Source of the DNA: Candidatus Tenderia sp.
Lineage (GTDB): Bacteria; Pseudomonadota; Gammaproteobacteria; Tenderiales; Tenderiaceae
Assembly (NCBI GenBank): GCA_031416075.1
Contig: JANOSY010000088.1
Location: 1-64,000 of the forward strand
Reading direction: 5' to 3'
Length of the DNA stretch: 64,000 nucleotides
Shown piece after piece: positions 51,501 through 58,303 of the stretch. Under the pieces are notes generated by a model that searched no databases, was not told where the DNA came from, and saw only the letters and a list, made by a program, of their open reading frames with translations. The first letter of the stretch is position 1. Every line of letters begins with the position of its first letter. The translations under genes were made by a program, and so were the position numbers.

Positions 51501-54214
51501 TTGGCACTGAAGTCACCCAGGTAAACAGTGGCATAGAAACCAATAACTACATCCTTAACCTCTCCGGCCAGTCTGGCACCATCCCCACCGGGGCAAAACT
51601 TGGGTTTCGTACCCGTGGTATCTCTGTCAGCCCCAGCTTCAGGATCTATGTGGGTAATCTGGATGGCAGGACACCCAGCAACCTCTCCGGTCATCTAATC
51701 GTCAACGAGGCCGTGGGCAGCAGCGATACCACCGCCCCGGCCAGTGTCACGCTCTCTACCGGTACCATCACCAACAACTCCGTGCTGCTGAACTGGGTAT
51801 CACCGGGGGATGATGGCAATACCGGCACCGCCCAGATCTACGACATCCGTTACTCCACCGCCGCCATCACGGCGGGCAACTGGGCCAGCGCCACCCAGGT
51901 AGGCGGGGAACCAACACCTCTGGTGGCGGGCACTGCCCAGACCTATACCGTGACCGGGCTGGCCCCCAATACCCTCTACTACTTTGCCATCAAAACCGGC
52001 GACGAGACACCCAACTGGTCAGCGGTCTCCAACTCCCCCAGCGCCACCACCTACGATCCACCGGTGGGTGGCTTTAGTGTCGATAATGTGATCCCCGCCA
52101 CCCAGATCAGCCAGTCCACCAACGGTTCAGGCATCATCACCATCAACTGGAAGGGGCGCGACAATCAGGCCAATAACGTCACACTCAAAACCTTTCAGTA
52201 CAGCGTGGACGGTGGGGCTAGCTGGAACGCCCCCACCAACGGCGACGCCTCCGCCGCACTCTCCGCCACCTGGAGCAACAACGGCGGCAGTGGCTGGACC
52301 ACCGCCACCACCTTGGCTGCCGCTCCTGTCAACAGCTTCACCTTCAATACCAAACATGCCAATGTCTCGGGGTTAAACGGGGTGGACCAGAACGATGTAC
52401 GGGTCCGGTTTCTATTACGTGATGCCACTATGGATAGCCAGAGCTATGTCACCTCGACCGATTTTCGTATCGATGCCCTTGCCCCTACCGCGACCATTGG
52501 CAGCGCCATTTACGATGCTGCCAACGACCTGCTGACCATCACCGGCACCAACTTCACCACCATTGCGGCGGCCAGCACCGACATCAAAGCCTATGTCGAC
52601 TGGAGCAAATTTGTCTGGGACATCAACGGCGACAACGCCACCACCACCGACATCAGCTTTGTGCTGGGTGACATCACCAGCCTGATCATCACCGACGATA
52701 CCACCATCACCCTGCAGTTCAGTGCCGCCAAAGGGATCGCCATCGAAGCCACCGCCGGCTACAGCACCACAGGCGGGGTCGACACCCTCGATGTTGCCGC
52801 CGGTTTTGCCCGAGACGACTACGGCAATGCCGCCACCACCGATGCGGTGGCCAACGGGCCACTCGTTACCACCTCGGTCTCAGGGATACTCTACGATACC
52901 GACCGCACCACCAGCCTCGGTTTTGGCATGACGGTACGGCTACTCATCAACGGCGCCAGCATGGGCTCCACCACCACCGACGGCAGTGGTCGCTATACCT
53001 TCTGGAATAACGTCAGTGCCGGCAATGCCATTCTGGTCTACATCGACAATGGTGCCAGCACCGCCATCAGCGCCACCGTTACCGCCAACGCCAGCCTCTC
53101 GGACTTTGATCTCTACGCCAGCCATCTGGTGGCCCGCCACGATAATGGGGGCGCACTCAGCAACGCCAACCTGGGAAGTGCCAAGGGGGCGTATGTCGAC
53201 ACCGATATTGTTTACTCCGTCACCGGCAGCGCGTTAACCGTCAGTGGCAGCGCCACCCGGCTACACATCCCGGCGGGCAAAAGTTTTACCCCGGAGGGCA
53301 ACGTCACCACCCCGGCCATGAGTAATCTTGGCACCTTTGTCGGCGGCAGTGGTGCCATTACCATCAATGGCAACCTGAGTAACAGCGGCAGTTATACCGC
53401 CAGCAGCGCCACCACCACTGTTGCTGCTGACTTCAGCAACAGCGGTACCTTTACAGCCGCAGGCGGTACCGTGCTGCTTAACGGTATCAATCAAAACATC
53501 ACGGGGACCACTACCTTCTTCAACCTGACCAAAACCGTGGCCACCGCCGACACCCTATTTTTCAGCGTCGGCTCCACCACCACCGTCACGGGTAGCGCCA
53601 CCCTGCAGGGGGCATCGGGCCAGCCACTGAGTCTGCTCTCGATCACCCCCGGCAGCCGCTGGAACTTCAACATCGGCAGCAGCGCCACTAAGTCCTTCAG
53701 TTTTCTGAATGTGATCGACAGTGACGCCTCAGGCTCTGCCGCTGCCAAAAAACCGCTCATCGCCCAACCCAGCAACTCTACCGACAGCGGCAACAATGTG
53801 GACTGGTTTGGCCTGCCCTCCATCTCGGTGATCAAATCCAGTACCCTGATATCCGACCCCGTTAACGGCACCACCAGCCCGCTGCATATCCCGGGGGCAA
53901 TCCTTAACTATCAGATCCTCACCACCAACTCTGGCAACGGCTCACCCGATACCAATACCGTGGTGGTAACCGATGCACTGGACTCCAGCAAGCTTGAGTT
54001 TGATGTCACCACCGGCATCACCTTTACCGCCAATACCTCGGGACTGACACTGGGCACAGTGAGTTATGCCCATACCGCCACCCCCACCACCTATACCTAC
54101 ACCCCCACCGGCCCCTACGACGCCAATGTGGCGGGCATCAAGATCACCACCAGCGGTACGTTTGCCAGCGCCGGTGCCAGCTTTACCCTCAACTTCCGCG
54201 TCCGCATAAAATAG
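48596..54214 (+). CDS. Large secreted adhesin (beta-helix repeats, two FN3-like domains, C-terminal DUF11-like domain)
   Basis: Signal peptide; T/S/G/N-rich; repeated N.(I/V).GNYIG; two L.W.SPGDD...YD.RYS...VTGL...T.YYF domains; C-terminal ISVIK...DPVN...PLHIPGA.L.Y. Confidence 0.8.
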   Translation: MDSTMRYGRFIQLCLLATLLLVVLLPRPGVAAITATTLFEGSTDGDASAYTGPSLSPSANNLILVWITNTRSSSPTVPTFTGNGLTWVQVATVTWGSSGSPTARTTLFRAMGSSPATGINSIDFAGNTQTGVAMSMIQFNNVDITGSNGANALVQSVTGRTDSASSTAGLSLTLAALGNVANASVGGFSNFINSATSISPGSGYTASSGTTYLAPSISLRAEWKSAGSTIVNVTQSGTSHIGGIAVELKADLCAGNVVTTIANSGDGSLRECIIKANLNPGTTITFNITAAANQSSGANSWWRITPTTALPTITAANTVIDATTQTSNRGNTNTLGPEVELNGATVGAGGWDGFGVASPATGVIIRGFIINQWSGSGISLWSGSGTIRGNYIGTNYAGTSALANTSYGLYLNTNGNTVGGTSAADRNVIAGNGGPGIYIVSNSNTVQGNYIGVNASAGAIVANSGHGVQILSGATGNTIGGTAAGAGNVIAGNGADGINHSSTGSNTVQGNYIGTNASSATLSNGGNGIAISAGTLNVGNASESQSNIIGPNSGAGINLAGGTVNLAGSVTVRGNMALASGTLAMGSATLNLSGNWSRTSTTVTTGTSTVVLNGTALQSLTMNGSNFNNLTITNGSVAGISFNDGFNAANITNTTPASRLTFKAGATYTLSGTLTLVGSSGNQIILLSDSPGTRFTLNPTAGAQSVNYVNVKDSQASTNNITADNSTNSGGNDDAEAAPRWVFNAPDTTPPARIIDLTVTSSTTSSITLNWTSPGDDNNSGTATSYDLRYSTSPITAGNWASATQAVGEPTPLVAGSSQSFSVTGLAAATTYYFVMTTSDEVPNTSALSDSAVGTTGGGGGGNVSYYAKRSNSVSIASGITSNSGSCGTDPTAYYIEELSKNISDMCVTANAYRWEQLTAGSYSDHYFNTAYVANTTVTGVSYQVTIRDSGTVGFQLFYVTSGGTKTYLGTEVTQVNSGIETNNYILNLSGQSGTIPTGAKLGFRTRGISVSPSFRIYVGNLDGRTPSNLSGHLIVNEAVGSSDTTAPASVTLSTGTITNNSVLLNWVSPGDDGNTGTAQIYDIRYSTAAITAGNWASATQVGGEPTPLVAGTAQTYTVTGLAPNTLYYFAIKTGDETPNWSAVSNSPSATTYDPPVGGFSVDNVIPATQISQSTNGSGIITINWKGRDNQANNVTLKTFQYSVDGGASWNAPTNGDASAALSATWSNNGGSGWTTATTLAAAPVNSFTFNTKHANVSGLNGVDQNDVRVRFLLRDATMDSQSYVTSTDFRIDALAPTATIGSAIYDAANDLLTITGTNFTTIAAASTDIKAYVDWSKFVWDINGDNATTTDISFVLGDITSLIITDDTTITLQFSAAKGIAIEATAGYSTTGGVDTLDVAAGFARDDYGNAATTDAVANGPLVTTSVSGILYDTDRTTSLGFGMTVRLLINGASMGSTTTDGSGRYTFWNNVSAGNAILVYIDNGASTAISATVTANASLSDFDLYASHLVARHDNGGALSNANLGSAKGAYVDTDIVYSVTGSALTVSGSATRLHIPAGKSFTPEGNVTTPAMSNLGTFVGGSGAITINGNLSNSGSYTASSATTTVAADFSNSGTFTAAGGTVLLNGINQNITGTTTFFNLTKTVATADTLFFSVGSTTTVTGSATLQGASGQPLSLLSITPGSRWNFNIGSSATKSFSFLNVIDSDASGSAAAKKPLIAQPSNSTDSGNNVDWFGLPSISVIKSSTLISDPVNGTTSPLHIPGAILNYQILTTNSGNGSPDTNTVVVTDALDSSKLEFDVTTGITFTANTSGLTLGTVSYAHTATPTTYTYTPTGPYDANVAGIKITTSGTFASAGASFTLNFRVRIK
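50834..52036 (+). repeat. Duplicated FN3-like module within the adhesin (about 50834-51148 and 51725-52036)
   Basis: Near-identical peptide ITAGNWASATQ..GEPTPLVAG and an identical 31-nt DNA run in both copies. Confidence 0.85.
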
Positions 54215-54302
54215 CCCAGATGTACATTGGGGTGGTGTCCTGAAACCGAGGCACCGCCCATGGTATGCTCTCTTCCCTTGCAACAACCCTGACCCTCTCA
54301 CC

Positions 54303-55664
54303 ATGAACCATGAGATCAAACTGCCGGAACGTGATGTGCTCACCGTCTCCCGCCTGGTGCGTGAAACACGCGCCGTGCTGGAGGGAAGTTTTCCGCTGCT
54401 CTGGCTGGAGGGCGAGATCTCCAACTACTCGCGCCCCGCCTCCGGCCACCTGTACTTCTCCTTGAAGGATGAGGCGGCGCAGGTGCGTTGTGCCATGTTC
54501 CGCACCCGCAACCTGCAACTCCGTTTTGCCCCCACCAACGGCATGCAGGTGATGGTACGGGCGCGTATCACTATGTATGAACCACGCGGCGAGTTTCAGA
54601 TTGTAGTGGAGCAGATGGAAGAGGGCGGCCTGGGTCTGCTGCAACGCAACTTCGAGGCACTGAAAACCCGTCTCGGTCAGGAGGGGCTGTTCGACACCGC
54701 CCACAAAAGGCCACTGCCGACGATGCCGCAACGGCTGGGGGTAATCACCTCCGCCACCGGGGCCGCCATTCGCGACATCATCAGCGTGCTGAAACGGCGC
54801 TATCCGGCGCTGCCGGTGCTGATCTACCCCGTACCGGTGCAGGGCGAGTCAGCGGGTCGTGAGATCGCGGCGGCAATCAAACTCGCCAACCAACGCAAGG
54901 AGTGCGATGTGCTGATCGTCGGCCGCGGCGGCGGCTCGCTGGAGGATCTCTGGGCCTTTAATGAAGAGGTGGTGGCACGGGCTATCTACACCAGCGCCAT
55001 CCCCATCATCTCCGCCGTCGGCCATGAGGTTGACTTCACTATCGCCGACTTTGTGGCCGACCTACGCGCCGCTACCCCTTCCGCCGCCGCTGAACTGGTA
55101 ACGCCGGATATGGCTGAGCTGAAACAGCGCCTGATGCAACAACAGCAACGTCTGCACAATCGCATCCGCGCCACACTGCAACAGTCACAACAACGGCTCA
55201 GCTGGTTAAGCAAACGGCTACAACAACAACACCCAGGGCAACAGCTCCAGCAAAAAGGACAAAGACTTGATGAGTTGGAGCAACGTCTGTTGCAGGGCAT
55301 CAACATGCAGCTGCGGCATCGGGGCCACCAGCTCCAGCAACTCACCACACGCCTACACCACAACTCACCACGCCACCGTCTGCAACAGCTAAAAACTCAC
55401 CATAAACAGCTACAACAGCGGCTCCACCGCGCCTGGCAGTCAACGCTGAACAACAAAAAACAGCAGCTCGCCGCCACCAGCCGCGCGCTCAACAACATCA
55501 GTCCGCTGGCAACACTGGAGCGGGGTTATGCCATCGTGCAACAGCTGCCTAAACGGCAAGTAGTTCGTGATGCAACGGTGATGCAGCCGGGTGATAAAAT
55601 TCAGGCTCGCTTGTCCAAAGGGGTGTTGCTCTGCACCGTTGATGAAATTAAACAAGAGGTTTAA
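54303..55664 (+). CDS. xseA: Exodeoxyribonuclease VII large subunit
   Basis: GEISN...SGHLYFSLKD, RGGGSLEDLWAFN, AVGHEVD, TPSAAAE, SPLATLERGY. Confidence 0.96.
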   Translation: MNHEIKLPERDVLTVSRLVRETRAVLEGSFPLLWLEGEISNYSRPASGHLYFSLKDEAAQVRCAMFRTRNLQLRFAPTNGMQVMVRARITMYEPRGEFQIVVEQMEEGGLGLLQRNFEALKTRLGQEGLFDTAHKRPLPTMPQRLGVITSATGAAIRDIISVLKRRYPALPVLIYPVPVQGESAGREIAAAIKLANQRKECDVLIVGRGGGSLEDLWAFNEEVVARAIYTSAIPIISAVGHEVDFTIADFVADLRAATPSAAAELVTPDMAELKQRLMQQQQRLHNRIRATLQQSQQRLSWLSKRLQQQHPGQQLQQKGQRLDELEQRLLQGINMQLRHRGHQLQQLTTRLHHNSPRHRLQQLKTHHKQLQQRLHRAWQSTLNNKKQQLAATSRALNNISPLATLERGYAIVQQLPKRQVVRDATVMQPGDKIQARLSKGVLLCTVDEIKQEV

Positions 55665-56523
55665 TCCGTTGTTATCTACCTACAAAAATCTAGCCATACT
55701 GGCATTGGCACTGCTCTTTTCACACGGCAGCTTGGCCGTCGAACTTCCATTGCAGCAGCTTGTGCCAGGCGGCGTTGCTCTATTACCCATCGCCAATGCC
55801 ACAGACAAACAGCCACAAGCCGAATACAACGGCAAACCGGTGATGGTGATCAACAGTCAGGGGCGGTGGTATGCAGTGGTGGGCATCCCACTTGATGCTG
55901 CCATCGGGCAACAACAGATCACCGTGACGCTGGCCGACGGCAGCGATGTCACCCAGACGTTCACCGTCAGCGACAAGGCTTACGAGACCCAGCGCCTCAT
56001 CATTGCAGACAAACGCAAGGTCGAGCCCAACGAGGAGGAGATGCAACGCATCACTCAGGAGAAGGTGGAGACGGACAAGGCGCTGGCCCACTGGGGCGAT
56101 GCACTGCTGACCGACAACCTGCAACTCGACCTACCGGTAGAGGGGCGGCTCAGCAGCGCCTTCGGCCTGCGCCGCTTTTTTAATGACCAACCACGCGCAC
56201 CCCACAGCGGTCTCGACATTGCCGCACCAGAGGGAACACCAATCAAGGCCCCTGCCAACGGTCGTGTAATTTTGAGCGGTGATTTCTTTTTTAACGGCAA
56301 TGGCATCTACATCGACCACGGCCAGGGATTAGTCACCATGTACTGCCACATGAGCCGCATCGACGTAAAAGAGGGGCAAGAACTAAAGCGGGGCGAAATC
56401 ATCGGCGCGGTGGGCATGACCGGCCGCGCCACCGGGCCACACCTGCACTGGGGGGTTAGCCTCAACGACGCACGGGTCAACCCATCACTATTTGTACCCG
56501 CACTGATGAACAGAGTCCCATAA
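55642..56523 (+). CDS. M23 family metallopeptidase
   Basis: HSGLDIA, HG.GL.T.Y.H, GRATGPHLHW; signal peptide; start approximate. Confidence 0.9.
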   Translation: MKLNKRFNPLLSTYKNLAILALALLFSHGSLAVELPLQQLVPGGVALLPIANATDKQPQAEYNGKPVMVINSQGRWYAVVGIPLDAAIGQQQITVTLADGSDVTQTFTVSDKAYETQRLIIADKRKVEPNEEEMQRITQEKVETDKALAHWGDALLTDNLQLDLPVEGRLSSAFGLRRFFNDQPRAPHSGLDIAAPEGTPIKAPANGRVILSGDFFFNGNGIYIDHGQGLVTMYCHMSRIDVKEGQELKRGEIIGAVGMTGRATGPHLHWGVSLNDARVNPSLFVPALMNRVP

Positions 56524-56561
56524 ATAGCGGGTCACAGAAGACTATCAAGGAGGCCATCACC

Positions 56562-56948
56562 ATGAACAAGATTATTGCCACGGCTGTACTACTCATCATC
56601 CTTACGGGCTGCAGCCAAATGCCCACCACCACACATACCGGTGGCCAGATCAACCACGTTGTGCTGATCTGGCTCAAAGATGCCGGAAACCCAGAGCAGC
56701 GTCACCAGATTATCGAAGCAACCCGCACACTGGAACAGCTACCTGGCATTATCTCTGTGCATGTTGGCGCGGTCATACCCAGTGACCGCAAAGTTGTGGA
56801 TGATAGCTTTGACATCGGCGTGCATATGCTCTTCAGCGACCGTCAGAGCATGGAACATTATGGTAACCATCCCGAACATCAACGCATTCTCAACCAGATT
56901 GTCATGCCACTGACAGAGCGCATACTCATTTATGACTTTGCACAATGA
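56562..56948 (+). CDS. Dabb-family (stress-responsive A/B barrel) lipoprotein
   Basis: Lipobox LTGC; INHVVLIWLK, Y..HPEH, IYDF; AAGGAGG RBS. Confidence 0.8.
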   Translation: MNKIIATAVLLIILTGCSQMPTTTHTGGQINHVVLIWLKDAGNPEQRHQIIEATRTLEQLPGIISVHVGAVIPSDRKVVDDSFDIGVHMLFSDRQSMEHYGNHPEHQRILNQIVMPLTERILIYDFAQ

Positions 56949-57507
56949 TCTGACAAACCCCCATCACCATAGTAACAATATCAACAACATGCCCTCCGCT
57001 TGTTACCGTTAATAGTTAATATAAAAACCACTTTAAAATATGGCTTTTATAATTAATGAGTATTTCAAACCACTACGACAAATAAAATAAATTTTATAAA
57101 TCATAAATACCGCAAAACAATTACCCATCACACCTGTGAAACCTCACTCAAATACCTTTATTTAACACCTGTTTTTTTCAATTAAAACAAGAACATTAAT
57201 GCACTTTTATTGTTTATTTATAACGCTAAAACAACATAAATAACCATATTAAAAAAGACTTTATTAATACCCATATATGAAAAAAATATCACTCAACACA
57301 AACTCAATATGTTTAGCACAAAATAACTTAATGAAAATTTAAGTTTTACGGTGTAGGATAAATTTCACCCTCAGCGACATAACCAGTTATTTCTTGGAAT
57401 GTTGCACTCTCGGGATCACGAGAAGAGCAGAGGGGGGAGTACTGATATTTGAATGGTTCAAATATTAGAGGACTATGATTTAAATCACATTTACTAAGGA
57501 GATTATT

Positions 57508-57630
57508 ATGGGTGGCGGCGGCGGTATGGGCGGTGGCGGTATGGGCGGTGGCGGCGGCGGTGGTATGGGCGGCGGCGGCGGTGGCGGCATGGGCGGCGGT
57601 GGCGGCGGTGGCGGTGGCGGCGGTATGTAG
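57508..57630 (+). CDS. 40-aa peptide composed only of Gly and Met (M-G5-M-G4-M-G7-M-G7-M-G11-M)
   Basis: TAAGGAG RBS 6 nt upstream; all six ATGs in frame; ends ATG-TAG; followed by a terminator. Confidence 0.65.
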   Translation: MGGGGGMGGGGMGGGGGGGMGGGGGGGMGGGGGGGGGGGM

Positions 57631-57707
57631 CTCCCGGCTCACTATGCACCCTCTCTCTCATGTGAGGGGCTCATAGCACAGTTGTAATGGCATATTGCCA
57701 TGCGATG

Positions 57708-57740
57708 AAATGGGGGGGCATTATGTCCCCCTATTTTTTA
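57708..57740 (+). terminator. Intrinsic terminator of Gly/Met unit 1
   Basis: GGGGGGCA-TTA-TGTCCCCC followed by TATTTTTT. Confidence 0.75.
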
Positions 57741-58042
57741 TGCCAAAAAACAACACCTACCCCCTATCCTCGCCCTCCATATCCCGTGTGCTCAATAGCT
57801 TAATTACACACAAAAAATAAATCATTTTTCCTGTGCGGAATATATTTTCTATTTCCCAACAAATTTAAGGGAAGGTTAACATACCCGATGTAGTATCGAT
57901 AACACCTTAAACGTTGTGCCTGCTTTTTGGCTTAACGACTTCTCTGAAACTATGACGAGATAATAAGGCAGTACCGGTCTTTGAGTTATCAACGACCCAA
58001 TATAAATATCAATTACTTTTAAATAAAACTAAGGAGTTAATC

Positions 58043-58111
58043 ATGGGTGGAATGAACGGTGGTCGTGGTGGTATGGGTGGCGGCGGTGGCGGTGGTGGCG
58101 GCGGCATGTAA
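58043..58111 (+). CDS. 22-aa Gly/Met-rich peptide MGGMNGGRGGM-G10-M
   Basis: Same ACTAAGGAG RBS as unit 1; ends ATG-TAA; followed by a terminator. Confidence 0.65.
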   Translation: MGGMNGGRGGMGGGGGGGGGGM

Positions 58112-58184
58112 TATGCCCGCGTCACGCACTCCCTCTCACTATTGAGAGGCATGTTGCGTACCGCTATGGCTAACGCCATACAAT

Positions 58185-58219
58185 AAAAATGGGAGGGCAT
58201 GTCTGCCTCCCATTTTTTT
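58185..58219. terminator. Bidirectional terminator (Gly/Met unit 2 and ABC exporter)
   Basis: AAAAATGGGAGGGCA-TGTC-TGCCTCCCATTTTTTT. Confidence 0.8.
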
Positions 58220-58303
58220 CGTCAATAATTCCCTGGCCTACGCCATTACTCGATACTCAAATAACCCACCGCCTTACCCTTCATCTCTCAAAAATTTCTT
58301 TTA

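Noticed and set aside
40513-54214. Classical chaperone-usher, type V pilus, autotransporter or T1SS adhesin locus
   Set aside because: No PapD/PapC signatures, lipoprotein pilins, autotransporter barrel on the adhesin, RTX repeats or T1SS genes were seen.
55120-55470. Gln/Leu-rich CAA/CAG repetitive stretch
   Set aside because: Normal coiled-coil region of XseA.
57346-57642. Minus-strand 98-aa Ala/Thr/His-rich ORF
   Set aside because: Antisense shadow of the GGC/GGT repeat; the RBS, in-frame ATGs and terminator all favour the plus-strand Gly/Met frame.
57360-58040. Glycine or c-di-GMP riboswitch
   Set aside because: Hallmark motifs (GGAGA...CCGAAG...CTCTCAGG; GGCAAAC...GACGCAAA) were not found by eye.
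57508-58111. CRISPR array or simple microsatellite
   Set aside because: No repeat-spacer periodicity and no cas genes; variation is codon-phased.
58009-58200. Minus-strand poly-Pro ORF
   Set aside because: Reverse complement of the Gly codons; it starts inside the terminator hairpin and has no RBS.
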